64,000 nucleotides of DNA from Synechococcus sp. (GCA_047285805.1 JBJBCN010000002.1:384001-448000), one strand, 5' to 3'; shown: positions 10,656-21,744, numbered from the stretch's first letter. Notes: generated from the sequence alone by a model not told the origin. Numbers and translations are program-made.

Positions 10656-12479
10656 TCAGTTGGATTGTCGTGCTGTCGCGGGCACAGCACGGCTTGGGGG
10701 AATTTTTTCCAGGACCAGCAAGGCTTCGATGATCTGTTTGGCAACCGGGACGGCCACGGTGGAGCCATAGGCGTTCTCTCCTTTCGGCTCGTCAATGACG
10801 ACCAAGACCACGTAGCGAGGTTTGTTGATCGGCAGATGGGCGATGAAGCTCGTGATCTTGGCCCCAGCGACATAAACCCCATTGCGGGCCTTTTGGGCCG
10901 TTCCGGTTTTGCCGCCAATTCGGTGACCGGGGATTTGAACGCCGCGTCCACTGCCTTTCTCCACAACAGTCTCCATCCAATTCAGGATGGTCTGCGCGAT
11001 CTCGGGACGGATCAATTGCACCCCAGAAGCGGGCGGCGCGCTAGCCAGGTCGTCGCCTGAGCGCAGTCCCCGGGTGATGTGTGGACTAACCAGCCTGCCG
11101 CCGTTGGCCAACATGGCGTGCAGCTGTATCAGTTTCAGCGGCGTCAGGTTGAACCCCTGGCCGAACGCTGCCGTCGCTGGTTCGATCGGTTGGGTCTTGA
11201 AGGTTTCGAGGGTTTTCAGCTGGCCCGCAACAGCGCCGGGAAGGTCGGTGTCGGGGGTGTTGTCGATCCCTAGGGTGTGAAGCCAATGCCAGAACCGCGC
11301 GGGCTGGACGCGCCGCATCGCCTCGACCATTCCAACATTGCTGGAAACCTGCAGCACCGTCGGGAAGTCGATGATCCCGTTGGCTTTGCGGTCATGGTTG
11401 TTGATCGGCCAGCCACCAATGGTGAGCTTGCCGGAGTCGTTGACTTTGCCGGAGGGATCAATGGCGTTCTCCTGCAGGGCGATTGCCAGGTTGATCGGTT
11501 TGAACGTTGAGCCGGGCTCGTAGAGGTCTTGGACCGACCATTCCCGAAACAGCCCGGGCTTGAACTTCCAGAACTGGTTGGGGTTGTAGGTCGGTGTGGA
11601 GGCCAGAGCCAGCAGTTCACCGTTTCTGACGTCCATGACCAGAGCAGCTCCGCGCTGGGCTTTCCACTTCTTCACCTGCTTGGCTAAAGCCATCTGGGCC
11701 ACCTGCTGCAGGCGCGCATCCAGGGTGAGTTGAAGCTTGAGGTCATCGCCATAGAGAACCCCCGGCTTAAGCCCGTCGGGAAGAGGGGTGCCATCGGCTC
11801 CGCGCCGGAGACTTCGGGAGGCTTCTTGGCGACGGAGGTCGCGATCACGGCTCTGCTCGAGTCCGGCCTGCGGAATCCGCTCCAGGTTCAGGAAGCCAAC
11901 GACGTTGGCGAAAAGCCCGGCCTGCGGATAGACCCGCTGCGGGTACGCCTCGAGGTCGACACCACTGATGCCGAGTTCACGCACCCGCTGGGCGGTTTCG
12001 GGATCCAGTTCGCTGGCGAGTCTGACGCCCGATTTCCGGCCATCCATCGCCTTGAGCAGCTCCCCCATCGGCTTGGCGAGCACCGGGGAGAGCTTGCGGG
12101 CCACATCCAAGGGGCTCCGCAGGCGTCCGATGTCGTCGCCAGGGAAGGAGAAGTAGCGGGGGTGGGCCCAGACGGTGAGGCGCTCTTCGTCCAGGGCCAC
12201 CAGGCGGCCTTGGCGATCGACGATGGTTCGGCGCCGACCCAGGGGTGTGATCGTCTGGGTTTGGATCGCCCGAGCTCGGTTCAGCAGCTCGTTGCCTTGA
12301 ATCACCTGGACCCAAGCCAGGCGGAGAGCTAGACCACTCAACCCGGCCGCCAAGAGGCCATAGACGATCCAGAGCCGCCGCGGCGGGACCGGCTGGAAGT
12401 CCACAACCTGGTTGCGCCTGGGCCGGCGACCTTCCCGTGGAGCAGAGGCTCGGCGGCCTTGCAGCCCCTTGGATCCCAT
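10656..12479 (-). CDS. ftsI: Class B penicillin-binding protein (FtsI/PBP3-like)
   Basis: EPGSTFK (SxxK), SSNVG (SxN), GKTGTAQK (KTG); N-terminal TM helix. Confidence 0.9.
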   Translation of the reverse strand: MGSKGLQGRRASAPREGRRPRRNQVVDFQPVPPRRLWIVYGLLAAGLSGLALRLAWVQVIQGNELLNRARAIQTQTITPLGRRRTIVDRQGRLVALDEERLTVWAHPRYFSFPGDDIGRLRSPLDVARKLSPVLAKPMGELLKAMDGRKSGVRLASELDPETAQRVRELGISGVDLEAYPQRVYPQAGLFANVVGFLNLERIPQAGLEQSRDRDLRRQEASRSLRRGADGTPLPDGLKPGVLYGDDLKLQLTLDARLQQVAQMALAKQVKKWKAQRGAALVMDVRNGELLALASTPTYNPNQFWKFKPGLFREWSVQDLYEPGSTFKPINLAIALQENAIDPSGKVNDSGKLTIGGWPINNHDRKANGIIDFPTVLQVSSNVGMVEAMRRVQPARFWHWLHTLGIDNTPDTDLPGAVAGQLKTLETFKTQPIEPATAAFGQGFNLTPLKLIQLHAMLANGGRLVSPHITRGLRSGDDLASAPPASGVQLIRPEIAQTILNWMETVVEKGSGRGVQIPGHRIGGKTGTAQKARNGVYVAGAKITSFIAHLPINKPRYVVLVVIDEPKGENAYGSTVAVPVAKQIIEALLVLEKIPPSRAVPATARQSN

Positions 12480-12925
12480 CAGTAGCCCGGGAGGATTTGG
12501 CCGGGGTTGACCTGGGCGAGTAAGGCCTCAAAACTCGGGCCGGTTCTGGCAGCCGGGGACGCAACGTAGACCAGTTTTTCGCTGCTCGTGGGCTCCAGCA
12601 GGCTGGGTTTGCGGGTCATTGAGAGGTGGTGCTGCTCGAGCACCGCCGCCGACTCCTGCAGGCGGTGCTCGAGGCGCTGGGTGGCTTCGAGGGATTGGAA
12701 ACTGCTGGTCCAGCGGCCTTGCCAGTGCAGGGTAAGCGCGCTGAGCCCAACCACGGCGACCCCAAGACCCACGAGGCTTCCGTCGGCAATGCGATGGAGA
12801 TTTCCCAGCCAAGGGGCTTGACGATCGAGCTTGCGGGCGAGCAGGGAGCCCTGGATCAGCTCGAGGGACCTCCTGGAGCGGTTGCTCTTCGCTCGATTGC
12901 TCTGTTGGAGCGGAACGGCAACCAC
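12479..12925 (-). CDS. Hypothetical bitopic membrane protein with coiled coil (FtsL-like position)
   Basis: One TM segment then helical region; stop overlaps the ftsI start. Confidence 0.6.
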   Translation of the reverse strand: MVAVPLQQSNRAKSNRSRRSLELIQGSLLARKLDRQAPWLGNLHRIADGSLVGLGVAVVGLSALTLHWQGRWTSSFQSLEATQRLEHRLQESAAVLEQHHLSMTRKPSLLEPTSSEKLVYVASPAARTGPSFEALLAQVNPGQILPGY

Positions 12926-12984
12926 AACTACCTGCGAGGTCTTCGCAAGTCAACCACGCGAGAGCGCTTCCAGCAATGGGGTTT

Positions 12985-14382
12985 TCACCAACCCAGTACA
13001 ACCAGATTGAAGAACGTCAGGCTGTTCCAGAGGGCGTGCATCAAGACGCAGCTGCCAAGTCGTCCCCTCTGCCACCGCAACCAGCCCAATCCGAGCCCCA
13101 GCACCATCAAGGGAGGGAATTCGCCGAGGCTGGAATGGGCCACCGCAAAGACTGCGGCGCTGGCCACTATTCCCCAAGACGATCCCCAATAACGCGCGGC
13201 CACCGGCAGGAGCACGCCACGAAAGATCGTCTCCTCAAAGAGGGGCGCCATCACGATCGCCGTCACGCCAAAGCAGGCCAGGGCTGGGACGTTGTGGCCA
13301 TTCAGTACGAGCTCCAGCAGCGGATTGCTGCCGCCTGGATCGCCAAAGAGCTTTCCCTGCAGCCAGCCGACAAGGCTCACCAAGGGCAGCACCATCAAGA
13401 ACCCCTTCATGGCTTGGCCGAAGCAGAGTTGGGGTGGTGACCAACGAAATTGCAGCCATCCCCCCTGTGGGCCTGGACCCAACGACTTGAGCAGGAGCCG
13501 CAGGATCACGAGCGGACCGGCCATCAAGGCGCCATAGAGCGCGACCACGCTGATGCCCTGTTTGAGCACCGCATCGATCGGCAAGTCCTGCAGCAGGCGG
13601 GTCAGCAGCGGTACCACCAGGAGTGGGGTCAGCAATTCACCGACCACGACAAAGCCGCCGGCCACCAGGAGGACGGTGTCGAGTCCCGAGAGATTGGGGC
13701 CCTGCCAGGGAGCGGCTTTAGGGGCCTTGCCACCCCAGCGCCGCCACAGCTCCCACAGCAGCAGGGCGATGCCTGCGATGAGTCCGACTCCAGGCAGGAG
13801 CGTGACGCAGAGCAGTTGAGCGCTGGCCCGCCGTGCCACCGCCTCACCATTGCAGCCTCCCTCCCCCAGAAGGGCCTCGCAGCTCCATTGCTGCAGCAGT
13901 GTTGATCCTTTGAGTTGGGCCAGCAATGCTTCTCGCTCGCTCCGGTTGGTCTGACTCGGCGCCAGCAGGGCGGCGGCAATGACTGAGATGTCCTCGGTTC
14001 CAGCGCTGAGGCGCTCTAGGACGCCCCTGGCCTGATCGGCCTGCCCGGTGCGCTCCAGCAGCAATGCCTGCTCAAGCAAGAGCTCAGGGGAGGGCGTCCG
14101 TCCGTCTTCCTCGCTGCTTTTGATCGCGCTCTGCAGGCTCTCCTGGAGGGTCGGCAGTGGATCGCCGGAGCTCAGGAGCGGGCGGATTGGATCACTCAGG
14201 TTGCCTTGGGCGAGCACCGTCAACTCGAGTTGCCGCCGACTGAGGTCATCGCCAACGGAGGGGCGCTGCAAGCTGCTGACCAGCCCGTTCAGCCAGAGCA
14301 GAAGGCTTAAGGCCAGGCTGATGAGGGCGAGGGCTGATTTCCAGCTGGGGGTCTGATTGTTGGACTCGTGTTCCGCGCTCAC
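12985..14382 (-). CDS. CAAX/CPBP family intramembrane glutamic protease
   Basis: APLFEETIFRG, FAVAH, HALWNS motifs; GTG at 14382 chosen to avoid overlap with the divergent gene. Confidence 0.88.
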   Translation of the reverse strand: MSAEHESNNQTPSWKSALALISLALSLLLWLNGLVSSLQRPSVGDDLSRRQLELTVLAQGNLSDPIRPLLSSGDPLPTLQESLQSAIKSSEEDGRTPSPELLLEQALLLERTGQADQARGVLERLSAGTEDISVIAAALLAPSQTNRSEREALLAQLKGSTLLQQWSCEALLGEGGCNGEAVARRASAQLLCVTLLPGVGLIAGIALLLWELWRRWGGKAPKAAPWQGPNLSGLDTVLLVAGGFVVVGELLTPLLVVPLLTRLLQDLPIDAVLKQGISVVALYGALMAGPLVILRLLLKSLGPGPQGGWLQFRWSPPQLCFGQAMKGFLMVLPLVSLVGWLQGKLFGDPGGSNPLLELVLNGHNVPALACFGVTAIVMAPLFEETIFRGVLLPVAARYWGSSWGIVASAAVFAVAHSSLGEFPPLMVLGLGLGWLRWQRGRLGSCVLMHALWNSLTFFNLVVLGW

Positions 14383-14478
14383 CCCACTGCCCCGTGGTTC
14401 GTGTTGGAGGCATTCTGTCGGCTCGGGCAGAAGCAAAAGACCACTCCAATACGATGCTTTTCCGTTAAGGAAGTGCCC

Positions 14479-15843
14479 GTGTCCCTCCGGATCCTGCTGG
14501 TTCGCCACGGCCTGAGCAGCTTTAACCTCGAGCACCGCATCCAGGGCCGCGATGACCTTTCCAGCCTCACCGAGGCTGGCTCGAAACAGGCTTTGGCCAC
14601 CGGTGAATCCCTGCGGGGTTTGACGATTGATGCGGCCTACAGCTCCCCGCTTCGGCGGGCCCACGACACCGCCCGGGCACTGTTGGCCGCCCAGGGCTCG
14701 AGCGTCGAGCTGCAGCTCAGTGATGACCTGCTGGAAGTGGACCTGGCGCCCTGGAGCGGTCTGCTGAGCACGGAGGTTCAAGCCCAATTTCCAGGGGATT
14801 ACGCCACCTGGAAGCAGCAGCCTGAGCAGCTCCAGTTGAAGCGTGCCGATGGTTCGTCCTATGCGCCGATCACTGAATTGATTGAGCAGGCCCAACGCTT
14901 CCTGGATCGTTTGCTAGCGGCCCATGACCCCGCCGCCGGAGCGGACCAGACCTTGCTCGTGGTTGGGCACAACGCCATCCTGCGCTGCTTGGTGCTCGCC
15001 TTGTTGGGGCTGGATGCCTCTGGCTTCCGTCGTTTGCGGTTGGAGAACGCTTCGCTTTCGGTCTTCAACGTCAGTCCGGCCCCCTCCGGCTCCGTCGCGA
15101 AGCCCTGGGCCGTGCAAATTGAATCCCTGAACGGCACCACCCACCTGCAGCCCGAGGTGTGCGGCAGCAGTCTGCCGAGCAAAGTACATGGCCCCCGTTT
15201 GCTGTTGGTGCGCCATGGTGAGACCGACTGGAACCGCCAGGGCCGCTTCCAAGGCCAAATTGATATTCCCTTGAACGAGAATGGCCGCGCCCAGGCCGCG
15301 GCGGCGGGTGAGTTCCTGCGCAAACTCAGTTTTGATAGGGCCTATTCCAGCTCTATGTCACGGCCCCGCCAGACGGCGGAGGGGATCTTGAAGCACCATC
15401 CCGGCGTGCCCCTCACCAGCGTCTCAGACCTCGTTGAAATTGGTCACGGCGAATGGGAAGGTCGCCTCGAGGACGAGATCTCGGACACTTGGGCGGATCT
15501 ATTGGCTGACTGGAAACGGGCACCGGAAACGGTGCAGATGCCACAGGGGGAGACCATTCAGGATGTCTGGCAGCGCTCCCTTCGGGGCTGGAACACCATC
15601 GCGGCCAACTTGGCCGCTGAGGAGACGGCCTTGGTTGTCGCCCACGATGCTGTCAACAAGACCATCCTCTGTGCCTTGCTCGGTTTGACCCCGGCGGATA
15701 TCTGGGCGGTCAAGCAGGGTAACGGTGGTGTCACCGTGATCGACTACCCCAATGGAGCCGATCAAGCTCCCGTGGTGGTTTGTTTGAACCAGACGGCGCA
15801 TCTTGGAGGAGTGATCGACCGCACCGCAGCCGGTGCTCTCTGA
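14479..15843 (+). CDS. Two-domain histidine phosphatase (phosphoglycerate mutase family)
   Basis: Two LVRHG motifs, SSPLRRA and SSSMSRP, VGHNA and VAHDA. Confidence 0.9.
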   Translation: MSLRILLVRHGLSSFNLEHRIQGRDDLSSLTEAGSKQALATGESLRGLTIDAAYSSPLRRAHDTARALLAAQGSSVELQLSDDLLEVDLAPWSGLLSTEVQAQFPGDYATWKQQPEQLQLKRADGSSYAPITELIEQAQRFLDRLLAAHDPAAGADQTLLVVGHNAILRCLVLALLGLDASGFRRLRLENASLSVFNVSPAPSGSVAKPWAVQIESLNGTTHLQPEVCGSSLPSKVHGPRLLLVRHGETDWNRQGRFQGQIDIPLNENGRAQAAAAGEFLRKLSFDRAYSSSMSRPRQTAEGILKHHPGVPLTSVSDLVEIGHGEWEGRLEDEISDTWADLLADWKRAPETVQMPQGETIQDVWQRSLRGWNTIAANLAAEETALVVAHDAVNKTILCALLGLTPADIWAVKQGNGGVTVIDYPNGADQAPVVVCLNQTAHLGGVIDRTAAGAL

Positions 15844-15867
15844 TCGTCTGAGCCCCCAGCGTTAACG

Positions 15868-17151
15868 ATGTCCATGTTTCTCCCCCAAGCCCTGGTGTTG
15901 CGCCAGGTTCAGCTTTTGGAGGGACCGGGTCAGGCGCCACGCCGCACCGACGTCCGCCTGGACGACGGCCGGATCAGTGCTTGGGGTGAGGGTTGTCTCG
16001 ACGCCTCTATCCCGCAGATCGAGGCTGCAGGGCTGCTCCTGGCTCCCCCACTTGTGGATCCCCATTCATGTTTGGAGGATCCACAAGTGGGGGTGGCCGA
16101 GACCCGGGCGTCTCTTGAGCGCTCCGCTATTGCAGCGGGGTATGGAACCGTCGCCCTTCTTCCGGACGCCACCCCTTGGCGCGACAATCCCGAGTGGCTC
16201 CAGGCCCTGCGCGCCGCTCCCACTGGGGGACTGCAGTTGTTGCTCTGGGGCAGCTTCAGCTTGGCGGGCGCCGGGCTTGAGCTGGCTCCCCATGGCGATC
16301 AACTCGCGAGCGGTGCCTTTGGCCTCGCCGATGGCTCCCAGAGACCATCGCTTCCCCTGCTGGAGCGTGGCCTGAGCCTGGCGGAAATGGATCAGGCTCC
16401 TGTGCTCTTGGCCCCAAGAGATCGGAGCTTGGCCCAGGAGGGTTTCGTTCGGGAGGGGGTGGAGGCGCTGCGGGCCGGATGGCCCATGGATCCCTATACG
16501 AGCGAAACACTTCCCCTCCGCAGCCTCCTGGATTTGGCGGCGCGTTATCCCTCGGTTCGTCTGCAACTGATGAACCTCTCCACCGCGGACTCCGTTGCAC
16601 TCCTTGGCACCCTGCCTGTGGATCAGCGCCCTCCCGCCACGGTGTGCTGGTGGCATCTCTTGGCGGATTCCGCCAGTTTGGATCCGATTGCGGAAGGTTG
16701 GAGGGTGGAGCCGCCCCTGGGATCCGCCCAGGACCGCCTGCGGCTCAAGCAAGGACTACGGGATGGATTGATCGCGGCGGTGGCCGTTCACCATCAAGCC
16801 CTGGATCCAGAGGAGCAACTCTTGCCTGTCGATCAGCGCCGTCCTGGGGTGGCGGGCCATCGCTTTGTCCTGCCTGCGCTCTGGCAGGAACTCGTCGAAG
16901 GGGATGGCTGGAGTCCCGATCAGCTTTGGCAGGTGCTTTGTTTTGGCCCCGCTGCCCTGCTGGGTCTTGAACCCCCAACGCTCCAACGAGGCAGCGATCG
17001 CTGGGTGCTGTTTGATCCCTTGCAGGCCTGGACGGCCCAGGATGATCCCTATGCCCCGATGGCCGCCAATCAGCCACTTGGCCGATCCACCCTGAATGGT
17101 CAGGTGGTCGCCACGGGGCTCAACCCCCTGCTTTGGCGCCGGAAGTCTTGA
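15868..17151 (+). CDS. Dihydroorotase-like amidohydrolase (degenerate metal motif)
   Basis: PPLVDPHS, AIAAGYGTVALLP, VEPPLGS, PAALLGL. Confidence 0.75.
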   Translation: MSMFLPQALVLRQVQLLEGPGQAPRRTDVRLDDGRISAWGEGCLDASIPQIEAAGLLLAPPLVDPHSCLEDPQVGVAETRASLERSAIAAGYGTVALLPDATPWRDNPEWLQALRAAPTGGLQLLLWGSFSLAGAGLELAPHGDQLASGAFGLADGSQRPSLPLLERGLSLAEMDQAPVLLAPRDRSLAQEGFVREGVEALRAGWPMDPYTSETLPLRSLLDLAARYPSVRLQLMNLSTADSVALLGTLPVDQRPPATVCWWHLLADSASLDPIAEGWRVEPPLGSAQDRLRLKQGLRDGLIAAVAVHHQALDPEEQLLPVDQRRPGVAGHRFVLPALWQELVEGDGWSPDQLWQVLCFGPAALLGLEPPTLQRGSDRWVLFDPLQAWTAQDDPYAPMAANQPLGRSTLNGQVVATGLNPLLWRRKS

Positions 17152-17881
17152 GCGGATCGCTGATGGTCAGAGCCCCTGAGGTGGACAAGGGCCAGAAGCG
17201 CCAGAAGGCCCGGCCAATGATCTCCTTCTCGGGTAGGAAGGCCCCGCCCGGCCAGAAGCGACCATCCCAGCTATTGGCCCGGTTGTCGCCCAGGACCAGG
17301 ACATGGTCGGGGGGCACCACGGCGTTGAGCGTGCGGCACTGCCCCATGCCCAGCGCATCAACAGGGCAGTAGCGCTGAACGTAGGGCTCCTTGAGCCAGG
17401 TGCCGTTGATTTTGACCTCGCCGCGGGGATTGACCACAACCCGATCGCCGGCGACGGCGACGACCCGTTTGATGTAGGCGTCACAGGCTGGGTCGGCGAC
17501 ACCGGGGATACTGTTGACGATCGGCAGGTGGGCGAGGACACAACCCAGGGGGCCGACCATTCGATCGGCGCTTAGGACCGGATCGAAATGGTGCGGGGCA
17601 TGGAAGATCACAATCTCGCCCCGTTGCGGCGCGCGGCTGCGCAGGGAGAGTTTCTCCACCAGCAAGCGATCCTGAAGCTGCAGCCCAGGAAGCATCGAAC
17701 CAGAGGGGATGTAGCGCGCCTCCAGGACGTAATGGCGTACCCCTAGGGCGACGCCCAGGGTGATCAGAACCCCTCGCCAGAACACCCAGGGGCTTTCTTG
17801 GGGTGGTTGTTGTCCGCCGCCTTCCGGTTCTGAGCCCCCGGTCTTTCCGCTTGAAGCTTGTGTTGGATCGTGCGAAGACAA
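17120..17881 (-). CDS. lepB: Signal peptidase I
   Basis: IPSGSMLPGL, YIKRVVAVAGD, LGDNRANSWDGR. Confidence 0.93.
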   Translation of the reverse strand: MSSHDPTQASSGKTGGSEPEGGGQQPPQESPWVFWRGVLITLGVALGVRHYVLEARYIPSGSMLPGLQLQDRLLVEKLSLRSRAPQRGEIVIFHAPHHFDPVLSADRMVGPLGCVLAHLPIVNSIPGVADPACDAYIKRVVAVAGDRVVVNPRGEVKINGTWLKEPYVQRYCPVDALGMGQCRTLNAVVPPDHVLVLGDNRANSWDGRFWPGGAFLPEKEIIGRAFWRFWPLSTSGALTISDPLKTSGAKAGG

Positions 17882-17943
17882 GGACGGGGCTGCCAGCTGG
17901 GGGTTCGGCTAGGGAAGATTAGGCCGGTCACCTCGCTTCATCG

Positions 17944-19437
17944 ATGGTTCGTCCGCGTTGGTTGTCTGTTCAGCAAACCGCCGCGGCGCGCAGCTGGTTG
18001 ATGTGGGATCGCTCTATTGCTCTTTGGGCAACCGTCAACTTGGTCTGGGTGGCCTTTGACATCACCTATGTCCCCTTTCGCACCTTCTGGCTGCAGCGGA
18101 ATCTGACGCCGATTCCCCAGGTGCCCCTGGTGGTTCCCCTCAAGGTGCTGCCAAACATCACTCCCCTCTATGACCCGCTGAAGGGCATTGAGCCCCACCG
18201 GGAGACCCAGGCCTACCTGCAGCACTTCGATCAATTGGATGCAGCCTTGTCGCAGGCCGCTCCGTTACCCGGCTCGGCTGTGCTGCGTCGCCAGCAGGTG
18301 CAGTTGACCGAGGCGATGATTAACGAGAACCCGTTTTCCGCATCAGGCAACAGCGGGACGCTCGAGAAGATCAAGAACCGCCTGCGCCATCGCGCTGGCT
18401 TGGATTCGGCGAAGCAGTCGGCGGAGCTCCTCCTCTCCGATCGCTGGTTGCAGAACCACACCTGGAAGGAGGAGCGCCGCTTCTGGCAGCAGCAGATATT
18501 GCCGCTGGTGGCGACCAGCTACTGGCGCTCCATCGATGAGAACGGCAGGCCGAGCGATCACTTCTGGCGTTACGACCTTCTGCTGTTCCAGAGCGTCTTT
18601 GCCTTTGACATCCTGCTGCGGATGTTGCGCCTGAGGCGCCGCTTCCCCGGTTTGAGCTGGCGCGATGCCTTACTTCGCCGTTGGATTGACCTACCCCTGC
18701 TGCTGCCGTTTTGGCGTTGGATGCGGCTTGCCCCGGTGGTGGAGCGTCTCAGTCAGACCGGCATGATCAACGTAGAGCCGCTCCGGGCGGTCATCAGCCG
18801 TGGTGTGGTCTCGCTGTTGGCTCTGGAGCTGTTTGAGGTGCTGGCCTTGCAGTTAGTCGATGGCACCCAGTCGCTGATCCGCTCCCCCCAGTGGCCGCGC
18901 ATGATTCGCAGTCTGCGCAGCCATCAGAGTGTCAGCGCCCTGCCGCCGCAGCTGGAGCAGCCAATGTTGGGCTTGCTGCAGCTCTGGGGGCCGATGGTCC
19001 TAGGCCAGGTCACCCCGCGGTTGACCCCAGAGCTCCAGTCCCTGTTGAGCCATGCCCTCGAACAGAGCCTGCGGGAGGTTCCCGGCGGAGCGGTGGTTCC
19101 TTCGGCTCTCGCCCGGCAGCTCACGGCCAGCATGGTCGAAACCGTTGTTGAGCTCTCCAGGACAACGGCCGATCGTTTGGCCCAAACTGACGACCGGCAA
19201 GCGGAGCTGCTTCAGCGTTTCGGTGATCGTTTTTGGGAGGAGTTGGCCGCGGCCCTGGAGCGCGGTGACACCCTGGAACGCAGCCAGGAGCTGCTCTGTG
19301 GTCTGCTGCAGCAGGTAAAACTGAACTACATCGCACAGGTCAACCGGGCTGGAATCGGAGCCCTGATGGAGGAGCTCGACGAATTGATGTCCCCTAGTGC
19401 TACTTCCCCAGAGCCGCCTGCCACTCCTCCGGCTTGA
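17944..19437 (+). CDS. Conserved hypothetical membrane-associated protein
   Basis: 497-aa ORF with host-like codon usage and TM segments. Confidence 0.7.
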   Translation: MVRPRWLSVQQTAAARSWLMWDRSIALWATVNLVWVAFDITYVPFRTFWLQRNLTPIPQVPLVVPLKVLPNITPLYDPLKGIEPHRETQAYLQHFDQLDAALSQAAPLPGSAVLRRQQVQLTEAMINENPFSASGNSGTLEKIKNRLRHRAGLDSAKQSAELLLSDRWLQNHTWKEERRFWQQQILPLVATSYWRSIDENGRPSDHFWRYDLLLFQSVFAFDILLRMLRLRRRFPGLSWRDALLRRWIDLPLLLPFWRWMRLAPVVERLSQTGMINVEPLRAVISRGVVSLLALELFEVLALQLVDGTQSLIRSPQWPRMIRSLRSHQSVSALPPQLEQPMLGLLQLWGPMVLGQVTPRLTPELQSLLSHALEQSLREVPGGAVVPSALARQLTASMVETVVELSRTTADRLAQTDDRQAELLQRFGDRFWEELAAALERGDTLERSQELLCGLLQQVKLNYIAQVNRAGIGALMEELDELMSPSATSPEPPATPPA

Positions 19438-19777
19438 AGCCCACCAGGGCTGTGCCTGATGCGGTAATGGCGAAGGGGCGCTTTATCAGCTTCCCGTCGG
19501 CAGCAAGGGCCTCCAGGGCTTCTTCATCGCTGAGGGCAGCGACGGCGGCTGCCCCTAGGGCGCGGTAGCTCTGGCCACTGGTGTTGAAGAGGCGTTTGCG
19601 CCCCAAGTAGTTGAAGGCCAGCCGAACCTCCTCTAGAGCGGGGGGCTCCAGGCTGATGTCGATCAGCTCGAGGGTGCCCTCCCCAACAGAAAAACCATGC
19701 TGGTCAAGCCATTTCAGGGCTTTGCGACACGTTCCGCACTTGGGGTAACTGAAGAGCCGAAGTCGGCTGGTGCTCAC
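19400..19777 (-). CDS. ArsC/Spx family protein
   Basis: YPKCGTCRKA, FNTSGQSYR, GKLIKRP. Confidence 0.9.
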   Translation of the reverse strand: MSTSRLRLFSYPKCGTCRKALKWLDQHGFSVGEGTLELIDISLEPPALEEVRLAFNYLGRKRLFNTSGQSYRALGAAAVAALSDEEALEALAADGKLIKRPFAITASGTALVGFKPEEWQAALGK

Positions 19778-20133
19778 TTGCCCAGCAGGTTCTTGATGGC
19801 GCCGACGAGGCTGTTGGAGCCGCTGCCGCTTCCGCCCTGGGGCCTGGTGCGAACGGTCACATCGCCGTTGACGCTGGTGCGGCAGCTCAGCCGGTAGTTG
19901 GCGGGACGGTCAGCCAGGTAGACCTGCTCGACGTCGCTGCGGGGGGACAGGTTTTGCATGCCTTCCACGACTTCAACGACGCAAGTGCCGCACTGACCAA
20001 CGCCACCACAGTTGTTGAGGTTGCTCAGACCGCCGTAGGGGTTGACCCCTGCATCTACAGCTGCCTTGCGGAGGTTGGCCCCTTCAATGCAACCGACCTG
20101 CTGGCCTTCCTGTTCAAAACGGATGGTGGGCAC
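19774..20133 (-). CDS. 2Fe-2S ferredoxin
   Basis: NCGGVGQCGTC...RLSC; start taken at GTG (VPTIRFEQ). Confidence 0.88.
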   Translation of the reverse strand: MPTIRFEQEGQQVGCIEGANLRKAAVDAGVNPYGGLSNLNNCGGVGQCGTCVVEVVEGMQNLSPRSDVEQVYLADRPANYRLSCRTSVNGDVTVRTRPQGGSGSGSNSLVGAIKNLLGK

Positions 20134-20259
20134 GGTCGGACGGGGATCTTCGGCGCCGACAAACTTACCTGGCCGGCGCCGATCGTTGACGTTTTTTGCT
20201 TTGGCTGACACTAAATGCAGCGTCCTGACGGCCTGAATTGGGCTGCCTAGGATTGATTT

Positions 20260-20943
20260 TTGTCGACTGAAACGGTGCATCCATCGGGTTACGACCGTCT
20301 CCAGAGCCAGGTCATTCCTGGCTACGGAAGCTTGGCCCGGCTGGCGGTAGCCCTCCTCAGCTGTTCATCCCAAGCTGAGAGGCAGGGTTCGTCTGTCCTG
20401 GTGGTGGGCTGCGGCACTGGTGCAGAACTGCTGGAGGCGGTGGCCCAGCGACCCGATTGGCAGCTCACAGCCCTGGATCCGAGTAACGAGATGCTCAGAG
20501 CCTCGCGCGAGCGGCTCGCCGACGTTCCCTCGATTCGTTGGCATCAGGCCACCGTTGAGGACTTTGTTGCCGGGGAGGCCGCGGCTGGTGGCTTCAGCGG
20601 TGCTCTCTCGGTTCTGGTGCTTCAATCCCTGCCCGATGACGGCAGCAAACTGGCCTATCTCAGTGCCCTGGCGAAGTGTCTGCAGCCCGGGGCTCAATTG
20701 GTCTTGGTTGATCTGATGCGCAGCTCCCTGACCTCCCTGCAGCCCCAGATCGAGGCGGCTTGGGAGGGCTTTCAGCGGGCTAGTGGCTTGGAGGTGACCC
20801 AAGATCAGTTGCCGTCCGTGAGCCTGCATCCGATTGGTCTGGCCCGTCTCACCAGCTTGGTGAATGCGGCCGGCTTCGGCGATCCGGCGAGGGTCTTTCA
20901 AGCCTTGGGATTTGAGGGCTTCTTGCTGCAGCGTCAGGGTTAG
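20260..20943 (+). CDS. Class I SAM-dependent methyltransferase
   Basis: [25 protein letters not shown]. Confidence 0.85.
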   Translation: MSTETVHPSGYDRLQSQVIPGYGSLARLAVALLSCSSQAERQGSSVLVVGCGTGAELLEAVAQRPDWQLTALDPSNEMLRASRERLADVPSIRWHQATVEDFVAGEAAAGGFSGALSVLVLQSLPDDGSKLAYLSALAKCLQPGAQLVLVDLMRSSLTSLQPQIEAAWEGFQRASGLEVTQDQLPSVSLHPIGLARLTSLVNAAGFGDPARVFQALGFEGFLLQRQG

Positions 20944-21455
20944 GCCTGTTGGGCAGCCTTGCTGCAGCGCTCAATCAGCGCTGGGACGGCGTCCACATCC
21001 AACCAATCGAGGATCTCAACGACCCGTCCTTCCATGCTCTTGTAGGTCCGGAAGAACTCGGCGACCTCCTCAAGCTGGACCGGAGCGATCTGGCGAATGC
21101 TCTTGATTCCCCGTTGATTGGGATCCGCGGCTGGAACGCAGAGGAGCTTGCCGTCATTGGCCCCCTCATCCAGCATGTCCAAGATGCCAATCGGACGGGC
21201 TTCGATCAGGCAGCCCGCAAAGGTTGGCTCGTGCATGATCACCATCGCGTCGAGGGGTGCTCCGTCCTCCGCCAGGGTGTTAGGGACAAACCCGTAATCG
21301 AAGGGATAGCGAACCGAGGAGTGGAGGACCCGATCAAGGGCCATTACTCCGGCGCCCGCGTTGAATTCATATTTATTGCGGCTGCCAGCCGGAATCTCCA
21401 CCACTAGGTTCACCAGCCCTGGCTGCGGGGAGGCCTGCAGACTGCGCAAGTCCAT
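20940..21455 (-). CDS. ppa: Inorganic pyrophosphatase (copy 1)
   Basis: [38 protein letters not shown]. Confidence 0.93.
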   Translation of the reverse strand: MDLRSLQASPQPGLVNLVVEIPAGSRNKYEFNAGAGVMALDRVLHSSVRYPFDYGFVPNTLAEDGAPLDAMVIMHEPTFAGCLIEARPIGILDMLDEGANDGKLLCVPAADPNQRGIKSIRQIAPVQLEEVAEFFRTYKSMEGRVVEILDWLDVDAVPALIERCSKAAQQA

Positions 21456-21744
21456 GGCTGGGGTGCTCAATCACGCGGGAGGGGGGAGCCGCCACGACAG
21501 GCTGGTTCGGTCGATTACCAAGGACGCTGGCCAGTGGAATGACCATCGTGCAGATCGCGACCACGAAGCCCAGGAGAGGGGCGACCGTGTCGTAAATCGG
21601 GCTGGAACTGAAGGGTTCCTCGCTCGATTCACTAGGTATAGAGGTGGATCTGCTGCTGGCGGCTTGGGGCGGAGCTGGGGGACGTTCCGCTGGGGAGCTC
21701 GCTAGGGCGGATCCTCTGGTTCGGGGAGGGGGGTCTGAGTCCAT
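21373..21744 (-). CDS. Pro/Ser-rich hypothetical protein with one TM segment
   Basis: ORF between ppa and the next gene; hydrophobic [18 protein letters not shown]. Confidence 0.45.
   Translation of the reverse strand: MDSDPPPRTRGSALASSPAERPPAPPQAASSRSTSIPSESSEEPFSSSPIYDTVAPLLGFVVAICTMVIPLASVLGNRPNQPVVAAPPSRVIEHPSHGLAQSAGLPAARAGEPSGGDSGWQPQ

Noticed and set aside
15868..17151. Missing metal ligands in the dihydroorotase-like protein as pseudogenisation
   Set aside because: The frame is intact, and catalytically degenerate PyrC-like proteins are a known class.
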